A stretch of 61,529 nucleotides of DNA, counting the filler, from Sphacelaria rigidula (Eukaryota): assembly GCA_964200075.2 (NCBI GenBank). It is 10 parts of 10 records of this genome, joined end to end, with 100 filler letters (N's around TTAATTAATTAA, not from the genome) between each part and the next. Parts side by side here need not be neighbours in the genome. Positions count along the whole stretch, not along the records: positions 12,329 to 18,391 come from CAXNAA020022480.1; positions 18,492 to 24,554 come from CAXNAA020022481.1; positions 24,655 to 30,717 come from CAXNAA020022482.1; 7 more parts are not named here. The stretch is one strand, 5' to 3'. Position numbers and translations under genes: made by a program. Below, piece after piece: positions 13,622 through 25,299 of the stretch (within the stretch, counting starts at the first letter, position 1; each line of letters opens with the position of its first letter). The notes below the pieces were generated by a model. The model saw nothing but the letters and a program-made list of their open reading frames with translations, ran no database searches and had not been told where the DNA came from.

Positions 13622-16600
13622 GTGAAACACCCAAGGACTACTCTTGACAAACGCGAGGGAACTCTACAAACTGCGCCGTTTTTACAAGTACGCACAGGCC
13701 ACCCCCAAAGCCGTCATGCCTCGCTTGAGCAGTATGTCTAAAATAGGCCAGCTGTAATTTGATGTCCTGTACTAAAACCATTTGAACACAAAACATGGGT
13801 GGCCCTGCAAACCCAAGCTGTCATTATGTTTGAATGCACGCGGAACACCTCCTGAAAAATAATAACTTGCCGAAAGCGAGGAGGACCTTTATATAATTTG
13901 TTGAGGCTACGCACTCAGGTTGGCAATAGAGGACGGTACAGCATGCTTATGCGCAGCCTCTCGACAGAAAATCCGCGGGCTTCAATACGTACTGAAAAGG
14001 CAGCCAACAGAAAAGCCCATACTGTAGTACCACACCGGTACAGACAGTACAGCACAGACAGAACGTACTTCACTGGTGTCTACTGACAAGTGGGAGGAAA
14101 AAATGGTGCACAACCCGAACCGTTACTGACTGGTTTCAGCGGCGTCAAGGAGATCCGTATGTGATACTTGTTCAGTACCTGACAAAACCTCCTACTCTTA
14201 CACGGTCAGGTAGGCTACAGAAGCAGCACAGTTCATACAGTTGTACCATGGTGTACACAATTATACGGCGTTGACGGGCCTCTCGTGTGCTGTAATGGTT
14301 ACTGCTGCGTGTTCGACTACTGACTGTTTGTTGTCTTCGTCTAGATCACATCCGCAGGGTTGGAAGCGGAGGGAGTTCTGCCTGAAGGACCGCTGGCCAG
14401 TGACCGGCGTCATCCCGCTCCTTTTCAGTGAAAAGCAACACAACAGTCGTCACAGACAGCACCGTAGTGCATGCAGCAGGCGGAATATAGCACGTTGTAT
14501 GGATACGAACTGCACGTCGACTACTGTAGTGTAGCAACAGGCCCAACGGCACGGCAGGGTGGGGGCTGTGGATGGTGTGGGCTGAAAGTAAGGGGTGCAC
14601 ATCCGTTTGAAAAAGACCCACGTTCAATATAAAAAACGGTGTCCCACGACCTGGCCGTTGTTGGCATGCATCATTTTATGGGCCACGTCACGCCAGTGCG
14701 GAGAACGAACGTGTTTTAAACACTGGACTATTCGTAATAGAGTATGTACGTGTACTCGTCCGTGCTGTTATATAGTAAGAGTCAATAATACCGCCAGTGG
14801 GTGTCTGTTTTCTCGTGGGCTATTCCACGATTTAATATATTGCTCGCTGGGAGATGAGGCGAACGGAATATCAAATCCGGGCTCCATACGGTCTACAGTA
14901 TTTGGCATGGCATAGCCTTTCGGGGATGATTTTTGGATTGTAGAGACAACCATCCCATACGGGTTGTTCACTTCCACATTCGTGACTATCGTGTGGCAGT
15001 GTTTCACAATCTCGAGGTATGGACCTGGTATGGTGTCGGTTCACCAGGAGCGGCCTGCCGCCAGGGTCGTTAGTCGGAAATCATTCTGGAAAGAGAGCGG
15101 ATTCATGGTTGGTGTCATACGTGCTTGTGTATCATCACATCCTCTCCCTGACCCCCTCCAGACTGTCGGCACATGTTAACCGACATCTGCGACGTGTGAA
15201 AGCGGGTACGGCGTACAAAGCCAACCTATCGGGTGCTTTAGATTCCCACCGTCACATGCTTACGCCAGTGTAACGCGGCGCGATGAATTGGAATCTTGGT
15301 CGTGGGTTGCTCCGAGACAACATCGGAAAGAAGAGAGTGATGCTTGACTAGTACATGGACGGGGCGAATGCCTTGAACCACTGAACTGGGGGCAGAAATT
15401 TCGTGCGTGCATCTCGGTTAGGGCAGACGGGCGGCTTATCTTACGTGAGGGGGCTGGCTTTACATTTACATTGTACCGAATTTACGACACACACAAATAC
15501 CAAATACAGCAATGTTTACTGTCTGGATACTGGATATCTGCAGTATCGGGACGCACGTTCATCATAAGGTAGGGGGTGGTGGGTGGGTGGCCTCGAAGTC
15601 AACACCAACTTGCAAACTCGCTCCCGAACAGGCAACTACGTTCAGTGCGCTCATGACCGAGAACAGATGGTCCTGTAGATGTACTGTGAGGTGTAATCAA
15701 CACGCCACATGTGCGTCGATGGCGGCGTTCCGTAGTGCTGTGTGCATGGTACATGGCGCGCACACACGTGCCACTAGGGTTAAAAAAGTGAACCCATGTA
15801 TATGCAATATGCGATCGTCTACAGTCGATCATATGTTTTTCGGTTCTTGCATACTAGAACAGTACAGTACGCTCACTAGCATGGCTCTCTGTAGATAGTG
15901 GGTTCCGTACCTGCTAACACGAAGTCCACGTACAAAGTGACGACGACAACACCGACAACACCGACAACAACAGCAACGACAACAACAGCACCCACAACGC
16001 CATGAAAGACCCAATAGTTGATAATATACCACAGCGAACATCAAATCTCAACGCAAAAGGAAACTAAACTCTGAATAACCCTACACATAAATGTCTAGTA
16101 ACAGCCCCCCCCTGCCCAAAAACAAAATTGGTACCGGCCACCCCGCTTCATGGGGTTTACTACACAGTACTGTCTATCTGTACTGACCACATTCAATATT
16201 CTATACTGTAACTGTACTGCTGTCTGAACGGTGCTCTAGTCTACTGTTGACCTAATTATTGTTTGACTCACCTTGCGTCTTTCAAAAGTAAACCAAGAAG
16301 CTTCCTTGCTCGCTAATTACTCGCCGCTCCGCACTCCAACTCCTGGATGACCTTTCCCTCCCCGTCTAGATATCACTTTTCCTTGTATTCCCAACGCTAC
16401 CGGGGTTTTGTAAAGAAACTTTGGCCAGGCGGCATCTTGCCATCAAGCTGAAAGACTCGCCAAAAAAAGGTTGAGATATGACCATACTGTACCACGAAGT
16501 ATGTGCAATAAACTATTCCGAGTCGTCAGGTAGTCGGAGGCGCATTCACTGTACACTGTACTGTACTGTTGTGTTGACGCCGTTCATTATGCTATGCACA

Positions 16601-16989
16601 GACTACTAGTTTATATTAGAACATGATCATAGATTATGATGAAAATGGAAGATAATTAACTATGTTCAGCGTTTCAGGTGCGGAAGATGGTGCTGGGGGC
16701 AAGGTGACAATATCCAAGCGATGATGGCTCGACTGGAGCAAGGGCCGACGCGCCTGTCATCGAGTGTGGCCACCGAGGGAAACATGACATATTATTACTC
16801 ATACAGATCAGGCCCACTGTGGACAGTGTAGAGGCATGGTCATATAGCAAAGATCGGTAGCACGCGCGATCTATAGCTGTACTCAGTACTACAGAATGGG
16901 TAGCAGCACGAGTCGGCCAGCAAGGCGCCGCCCCCCGGCCCGGCCGTGTACCCCAGGAAGAGGCAGCACGTCATCGTGCGGTACTTTAT

Positions 16990-17310
16990 TAGTAGCCTGA
17001 TACGGTACTTGTATCACCAGGCTGTATGTCGCATACGTAAAGTACATGGCTCAACGCACACGATGTGCGTTGAACAAAACGCCGATGTATAACTGCAGAA
17101 TGGCAATCGCACGGCTTGGGCCGCAACGCGCCGGCGCCCCACCCGGCTGTGCATCCAGAGAACAGGCAGGACGTCACCGTGCTGTAGGAGTAGCCTGATC
17201 CGGGACTTGTACCACCATTCTGTATGTCGCATACACAAGGAGTATACCTCGACGCACAACGGGTGCGTTGAACAGAATGCCGGTCGCAACAATAGATAGG
17301 ATTGCCACAC
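16990..17310. repeat. Diverged direct duplication, ~200-bp period
   Basis: AGTAGCCTGAT.CGG.ACTTGTA....CTGTATGTCGCATAC...TGCGTTGAACA.AA.GCCG at ~16990 and ~17190. Confidence 0.65.
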
Positions 17311-17820
17311 CTACATATCCCAAGGCCCCACAAACTAAACCCCACGAGCCGTAGCCCCCCAAGCACCTGGATTTCAGTCTTGTAGTCGGAAGAACGAAAA
17401 GCCTTATTTTTTCTATGGCAATTCTTCTCGTGAGATGCGAGGGGCGGAGGGCTGTGATTCCTGTTTTGATGGGGCCCCTTGTATACCCCGATACCTCCCT
17501 AGGGTTCCACTCTGTCTGCTGTTGACACTTTCTGCGATACCCCCCCTCGAAACCAGCCTAGAACTGTCTCGAAGAAAAGGGTCATACAGCGCCTGATGTT
17601 TGGTTTTAGGCTGCATGAAGCCCCTGATGTGGGGAGCTGCATGTGGGCGACATTGGTGGAAACGAATCCAAGCGTGGGAATTCCTAGCTGCTCGTTGTGG
17701 TCGACTTCTTTCATTTCGATTTACGTGTAGATTTTGCCTCCTCAAACCAGCCACTTTTTTTGGAGGGGGGGCTATCGCAGAAAGTGTATGTTGTGCATTG
17801 TACAATCTTTTCAGATATAT

Positions 17821-18217
17821 TAGAGCTCGGAAATGGTTTGTCCAACCATTAACCAGTTGAACGGTTACGCATAGCGCACTCATTAACAAGTTAACTGGTA
17901 CATAATGGTTTGGTCATCGAGCGGCGCAGTCGCGAGCCAAAAAGCCCCCCTCGGCAGAGGGGGCCCCGCCGGAGGCGCCCCCGGAGGGCCCCGATGGAGG
18001 CGCTATGCGGGAGGCACGTTATTACGTTATTTGACTTCACTAGAGCTAAGAAAAATGTTGAATTTGGGCCAATTTTCAGGGGCTGCATGTAGCATACGTA
18101 GCCGGTAACGGTAAATAATGGTTTGAAACCTTTATAAAAAATTGCCATATAACCATTGCCATTATTACCATTATAATGATAAAGGCCAGTTATAACTGGT
18201 ACCATTTCCGAGCTCTA
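17821..18217. mobile_element. hAT-type MITE
   Basis: 17-bp perfect TIR TAGAGCTCGGAAATGGT; perfect 8-bp TSD AGATATAT (17813-17820, 18218-18225). Confidence 0.92.
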
Positions 18218-18239
18218 AGATATATACATACGTAATACT

Positions 18240-18391
18240 GTGTGTTGTGTGTGTTGTGTGTTGTCCCATTTATTCTGGACGCCAGTCTACCCCTTTCGGG
18301 ATATATATGTGGGCGCATCAGCCGGGGTCACATAGGAGGAAGGTCAACACAGGAGCTTTTTCTTTTTTATTTGTTTTTGGTACCCCACCTT
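18240..18391 (-). mobile_element. SINE family A, 3' part, truncated by the contig end
   Basis: (TGTGT)n tail plus TGTCCCATTTATTCTGG...; homologous to 52290-52450. Confidence 0.8.
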
Positions 18392-18948
18392 NNNNNNNNN
18401 NNNNNNNNNNNNNNNNNNNNNNNNNNNNNNNNNNNTTAATTAATTAANNNNNNNNNNNNNNNNNNNNNNNNNNNNNNNNNNNNNNNNNNNNGTCTTATCG
18501 GGGGGGGGGGGGGGGGGGGGGGGGGGGTGGGGGGGGGGGGGGAGGGAGGGGTTCATCGTCCTGTCGCGTCGAGCATGGTTTCACGGGGTCCCGGTTGATG
18601 AGAATAGACGGCGTCGACGCTTGTTGTTCGCAACCGATGTTATCACCGTGCGTGGAACACCTACCTGCTCGTGCTCTCGAATTCGATGTAAGACAAAGCA
18701 CCATTCTGTGCACCAGAGGGAAGGGTTCGAAGGGGAGTATCCTAGTCGTTTTCGTGCCGGAATCTTGTGGCCTATCCATGTTGCGTTGAAACCGACTTTT
18801 TGATTAAGGGGGGGAAACACAAACCCGCAGCTGATCGATTCCAAGACACGAACATTGCTCGTCTTGGTCGTGCCTGACGGACCCCCCGCCACCCTGTCGG
18901 GCATGATCGAGGGTTTGTTCCTCGTGCTGGCGCAGCCCGAGGGGGGGG

Positions 18949-19014
18949 CGTACTCATTTGTTGCTTGCCTTAGTCATTTGACCATTGACCACGCATCCCT
19001 TTCGAGACGGAGCA
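18949..19014 (-). mobile_element. 66-nt poly(C)-tailed mini-retroelement (3' end of LINE family F1)
   Basis: Sense TGCTCCGTCTCGAAAGGGATGCGTGGTCAATGGTCAAATGACTAAGGCAAGCAACAAATGAGTACG+C-run; flanked by ~20-bp TSD GGCGCAGCCCG(A/G)GGGGGGGG (18929-18948, 19015-19034). Confidence 0.85.
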
Positions 19015-21489
19015 GGCGCAGCCCGGGGGGGGGGGGGGGTTATCGCATGACACGGGATCCGCGCGCTCCCACTTTTTATCCTATTGCGTAGAGTAACAAG
19101 AGTGCTCACCCCACTTACTTCTCTCCATTCCTCGACGTACTGAATATGACGCGTCACGGGTTCACCTCCACAGGTAACTTCTTCCGAATAAGAGCTTGTC
19201 CTCGGTACTTCTACTACAAAAAGTTCACAAGTCGGGTTGAACCTCATCTCGAAATTAAACCTCAATTCGCACAATTTGCTGTTATTTGGAGAAGGCACTC
19301 CTTGCCAGACACAACGCGATCGCAGCATGCAGCGGAGGTAGCGTGAACATATACCCAAACCCGACCCTTTGCTCTCATTCCCAACAAAGTATCTGGCAAT
19401 CGCCAAGCCTATCGTGTCATCACTGCGCACATACATGCCAGACAGCAAATCCTACCTTAAGTTGTCACAACACAGTAGCAGCCTTTTCCAACCAACCCGC
19501 CTTAATACCGGGTCAGCAGGGTGTACCGTTCTCTGGGAAACCCCAACTATTCAATATCGCCTCGCACGCAAGTACATACCAGGGAGGTTCCCCACCAACT
19601 ACAACCCATGGCCAAGTGGGTACTACTACGATCAGCAGCCCCCCTTCACCAGAGTCTCCACGAACGGAGATCATCGATTTTCTGCGCAACGCACAAACTT
19701 GCTTTCGACACGCCTTTGGGATAGAATGCAGACGCCCGCGGTGCCCCTGCATACACGAGGTGAATATCTTACCGAGGGGCTTTTACTCTCAGACATACTG
19801 ATCACAACCAGGAGGCGAGAAGCGCACACACCAAAGTGACGAATCAGAACAACCCAACAAAAAACCTCGCCGCATCACGCTGACCCCTGAGCAGCTCGAA
19901 ATGACTTCAGCTATTACCGGACTCGAATTTGAGAGCGACCATGAAGACGGAGCAGAGAACACCACTTGAAGGTGCGCCCCGGGTAGTACCTCACTCCCGG
20001 GGAACCTCAACGATGTGCCGTCACCGAAACCCTCCAGTAGTACGAGTCGAGCAGGAAGCGAGTCTAGCCACGTACCAACGGTCGAAGAAAGAGAAGAAGT
20101 TGCTGCGGCCGCCGAACGTATTGCCACAAACAAGAGTCGAAAAGCACAAGTTTGGGTACAGGCAAAGATCTGGCATCCCCATAAGTTGAGCATGCGACTT
20201 CCTGTCTCCGTCGTGTTGCACACGGGTGCTGGTGAGGGAACCTACGTGTCCGGTACTTCCTAGCAGTCGATTTGTAAGTGGGGAGAAATACCTAATCACA
20301 AACTAGATAAGAGAGGTGCAGGCGCGTTGAGGGCAGCAAACCCGGAGGAAAACAAGGTACCGCCGATGGAAATTCTAGGCTCCTCTACAATACCAGTCAT
20401 CTTTCCCCCAGAAGATAAAGTACGCAATATCGCAGTACGTTTGGTCCAGGGCTTTCCATACGCACCGGTACTGGGCGCTGCATTCTTCCGCAAACACTCA
20501 AGCGTCCTATCATTTGACAAATATCAAGGCTTCCGCCCCACGCCCGACGCACCATCGATACCGCTCCACACCCGTAGCTCGATACTCTCGCCAAATACTG
20601 AACCATCAAGTGCGACCCCGTTGGCTACGAAGACATTCGAGCATCAAATAATTCGGATAATATGTCTGATGTAGCCGAGGGGGCCACAACAGAAGCCAAA
20701 AGTGCCACAACAAATGGTACACCATCGGAATTGACCCCGTTATCAGCAGAAGGTAAACAAGCGTCGAATGATTCGAAGGTTACACCTGACGTAGCCGAGG
20801 TATTATGGGACACGTTCTGTTCTATCATACCCGGGGAAGAAGTTGAAGAACCAGAGCTGTACCGCCCGTCTAGACTAGAGGCCTTCAACCCCTCCATCGC
20901 AACGATCACAGACAGGATAGTGAGTAACAAATTCACGGGTAAGGCAGTTTGGGAAGACGACGGTACTCTGCAGCGGGCATTCTCCCTACTGTCGCCGCTA
21001 CGACTACCAGGCTTTGTCAGCACAGCAATAGGGGAACGCACCAAGGGTCCCCTCTCTCAAGTACGGCAACTGGTACTGATACTACCTACCGAGGATAACG
21101 ATTTAGAGAAAGGCGCGGTGCTAGGCGTAGCGAGAGGTATTCAGTGGTGGGAGCCAGGTACACCCGCAGTGTGCAAGGTAGTGAACAGGAGCCCCAACCA
21201 GAGCTTCACTGAGGCAAAAAAGCAGATAGCACAGACAGTGGCGGTCAATATCGATGACGAGGAACGCTTCCACGCGCTTTTCCTCCCATCTGACCCCGAA
21301 AGCAGCGAGGACAACACATCACACTATACACAAGCACAGACGCCACATGAAGACAACGAGGAAGGAAAAGATACGTACGAGAACACAATCATGTCCAGTC
21401 TCGATGACGCCAACCTCGGACAGCTCAGCACCCCTGAAAAATAAAAGCTTTTATCACTGTTATTTTCGCATTCCGTTGAGAGATGAACG

Positions 21490-22680
21490 ATGTAAACCTG
21501 TGGCAACAAAGCAGCGACGTTTTTCTCCTGCCGAAACTGAAGCAATACAAGCCGAAGTAGAAACACTTACCAACGAGGTATCATTCGGCGGTCAGAGTCG
21601 GAATGGGCAGCAAAATCACTCGCGGTACCGAAAAAAGACGGCACGCTACGCCTTTGTCATAACTACAGGGAGCTGAATGATCTCACGGAAACAGACAGCG
21701 GGGGTCTGGGGGACATCGAGAGCATGCACGACAAGCTAAGTGGAAATAGATATGTTTTCACATTGGATCTCGCCTCAGGGTACTTTCAACTCGAAATCGA
21801 GGAGAAGGACGAACACAAAACAGCCTTCAGAGACGCCCTCGGCCAACTGAGCCAGATCCGAGCTTCTCTACTCAGCGAGTCGGAAAAGGCATCAGAAACT
21901 ACATCAGATAGCTACATCGTAGACGACCAGGACCAGTTGTGGTTCACCGGAAATAAGCATAGACCAACGTTAGCCATACCACGACAGCTAGTTCCTGACC
22001 TAATAGCACTCGTACACGCACACTACGGACACACTGGAATAGCGCACACCACGATCCTGCTACGAAACCATTTTCACTGGAACAATATGAACAAAGACTG
22101 CCGTGACTACGTTCTCTCATGCGGATGCAGACGCAGGAAAAGAGCACGAACACAACAGGTGGCAATGCTACCGAGCCGATTCCTGCTTCCCTGGGATGTA
22201 CGAGAGATCGACTTTCAGCATATGCCTTGTACATCTGCATTAGGCAATTGATACATAGTACTGACTGTCGACCGAGCTTCGAAGTTCCTCTTCGCATATC
22301 CCACACCTACGAAGGAATCAGCACCGGTAGCCCGCATCCTGTTGAACCTGTGTCTAACATTCGGCATGCCCAGATCTATCCGCAGCGACCAAGGGGGAGA
22401 GTTCGCAGCAAGTGTAGTAAGAGCTCTATGCAGATGGCTCAGGGTATCTCTGGACTACGGACCCGCCGACCATCCGAGAGGTCAGGGTGCAGTTGAAAGA
22501 GCAGGGGCTTGGATGCATGACACACTATCCGAACTATGCATAGCATGGCCTGACAGGTGGGACGAGTATGTGGATCCGGCATGCTGGATCAAACGTACAC
22601 TCCCAGACCCATCCGTCCCTTCCAACATGTCCCCGTTTCAAATCCTTTTCGGTCGTGATCCTAGAACCACTCTAGACATC
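21490..22680 (+). pseudogene. Gypsy pol remnant: RT N-terminal part fused in frame to integrase
   Basis: ORFs 21724-22251 and 22342-22944; after KTAFRDALGQL the frame passes directly into the pre-integrase region with no YxDD or RNase H motifs. Confidence 0.85.
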
Positions 22681-23939
22681 ATAGTACCACAGATGGACGG
22701 TAATGACTCCACGACAGACCTGGACAACTTCGTTGAACAGAGGGAACGAAAACCAGACCAGGTTAAGCAGGTCCTGGAAACAAGACAGCAGAACAAACAA
22801 AAGGAAAGACAGAGACATAACGCAAACATCACAAGGCACTCCCCAGGAACGTCGGCTAAGATAGGAGATCTGATGTTAGTTCGAGGACTCGAAAGTACGT
22901 TGCATAGGGATGGACAGCACCAAACACTGACACACGAAAAATAGACGGGACCGTGGGAGGTAGCAGCCACCCCTATTCCGGGGATCAGAGTAGAAGTATC
23001 GATGAAAGGAAGGAAACTACGCCACAGGACCGTCTCCATCACGGCTCTTAAACCGTTCCATCAGCGTCGACCTGAACTGAGACACGCAATGGAGGATGAG
23101 TTCGCCCAGCTAGTATGGGGACCGGACCTAGAAGTCGCTGACATCTCTACAGTAGCCTCACCTCTGTACACACTAACGAATAGGAGAAGTACAACTACGG
23201 CACCTATCCCAACGGTGTGGGAGTATAAAGGCAGGTACCAGGATGGACAAGAATCCGACTGGCTGACGGAAGCGGAAGTGTCGGACAGCTTTCCCCCCCT
23301 CCAACTAGATGTGTTTCATGCCATGTGGGACATGTAACACTCGTCGGTGAGACCCTACCCTCAATCTAACAGGGACGAGTCCACACCGACAAGAGACAGG
23401 GAAGAGGCTATGATCATGCACCCAATAGGACACAGGTAGGACGGTCAGCGGACGACGGAGTAGGTAGAGGAGTAGGGACAGGCGAGGTATATGATTACCT
23501 TGATCCATACTGGCGCGTGAGATACCCGAACGGTGAGAGGTTGGAGTTCAGCAGGAGTGAAACGCGTAAATCAGCATTTTCGAAGTGAGTGATACCCAGC
23601 ACACCCCGTCACTGAATCTACGCCACCAGACGCGTATCCTCCCGAGTGAGTGCCCCACAGGTGAAGAATCCAACCTAGAGTTGAATAAGAGGGAGCAAGC
23701 ACTCAAGCTCGGATACGCTGTCGAAGATGAGAAAGTTTTCGGGCCCCATGGGTGCAGCCGAAAACTGGGAGCAGCCGAACCTGGGTGCAACCGAAACGGG
23801 CCTCTATCCCGTATTCCCAACCATAAAGGTGTGAGTGAAGTTTCCCTCTTCCATTTCACACGGCCTTCGATCGATGGCGCTGGTCTCTACTCAATAAGTG
23901 ATGCCTGATAAAACACTTGGCAAATCTATTGAGGGGGGA

Positions 23940-24386
23940 TGTTACAGGGTGGATAATGACCCTGTATAGTAGACGATAGAGCAATTGGATCATGGCTACA
24001 CCTTCTTCAGTCTAATGATGATTTGGGAAACAAACCGTGTGACCTCGCCCCCTACCGAGTCAGATATTCAAACACGCGAAAGCAAATACCAATTCTGGAG
24101 GCGAACTAATATTCGTCTCCCGACTATTCTATTGCACTTCACATTTGCTGACCGCTGATAACAACCCATCGTCCGCCAAGGATCGACCCACATGCTGAGC
24201 AAGGTGCTTGCGTACATCTTCACTTCTTCTGCGTCCGAACTAAGACAGGCAAGATTTAACCGGTGTTCTGTAATTTCTGCCGTAGGCTTGACCGCATCGG
24301 AGTGAAAGAGTCACGGTAATTAGGTGGCCAGCGAAGTCTGGTGTGAAACGTGCCCCCGACTGGTAGAGATCCCTGCACATCTAACA
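23940..24386 (+). repeat. Gypsy 3' LTR (~447 bp)
   Basis: PPT GAGGGGGGA at 23931-23939 directly followed by TGTTA; ends TAACA at 24382-24386. Confidence 0.7.
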
Positions 24387-25299
24387 CTGGTACATATTTG
24401 CGTCTGCGACAGTGCAACAACCAACTAAACAGTTGGAACTCGTACTCCCCCCCCCCCAGAGGGTTCGGCAACCACATCAACGAAAGAAGTGCCTGAAAAT
24501 ATATATGTAGGGCCTGTAAGAACAGTCAAGGGACTGCTGCCGAGATAGCCCCCCNNNNNNNNNNNNNNNNNNNNNNNNNNNNNNNNNNNNNNNNNNNNTT
24601 AATTAATTAANNNNNNNNNNNNNNNNNNNNNNNNNNNNNNNNNNNNNNNNNNNNTGCGTGCTTGCGTGCGGTAGGTGGAGATTGTCTCGGGTGGGGGGGG
24701 GTACTGTGAAGTCAATGTTTATTTTACACAATACGTAGGGATAAAAATTGGACACACGTACCGCGATCATGGACATTTGTGCATGACATGTCTTTGTCCT
24801 TGCACTTGTCTATGACCAACTGGCTGAGTGACTGACTGACTCTTTTCCCTCTCTCTATCTGCAGTGTATGACGTAGCTCTCGTACCCGTAAGCAGGATGT
24901 CCCGAGGCACCCGCAGTGTTTCGCGGTATCCATGTGCGTACGACGTACGAATATGCGAATTTTTGCACCGGAAAAACGGGTATACATCGGTTTTTCTACA
25001 GTATGGCGGTCGGTCTGCTTTCATCTAAGATTCACGGTCAAGTTTTCCAAGCCGCTCCCCACCACTAGTCAACGGCTGTCGTTTTTTTTTTTTTTCGTTT
25101 ACCGACGACCCGTCCCTTCGTCTGGAGGAGACAGGATATCGGCGTGCTACCTCTGGTCTAGTGCTCCTCGAAAATATAGTGTAGCATGCATTCGACAGGT
25201 CCAATTGTGAATCGTCGAGTTTCAGGCATTTTTGAAATCTACGCCACACAGACCAATTCCATTTTCATTGCGTAGAATTCTCGCGGCGAACACGAACAG

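Larger units (their letters stand above)
19286..24386 (+). mobile_element. Ty3/Gypsy LTR retrotransposon, degenerate, RT/RNase H internally deleted; 5' LTR not in contig
   Basis: gag-like frame in frame with protease (VVLHTGAG for DTG; PVLGAAFF); RT N-part (VPKKDGTLRLCHNYRELN; FTLDLASGYFQ...KTAF); integrase (HxxxGHxG...C; IRSDQGGEF; GAVER; SPFQILFGRDP); PPT and 3' LTR; several stops and frameshifts. Confidence 0.93.

Noticed and set aside
13333..13741. Poly-Val / poly-Thr ORFs
   Set aside because: Translation artefacts of the (CAA)n microsatellite.
24387..24405. Primer-binding site (CTGGTAC...) implying a tandem element after the Gypsy LTR
   Set aside because: No recognisable tRNA 3' complement beyond TGG, and no gag sequence before the contig end.
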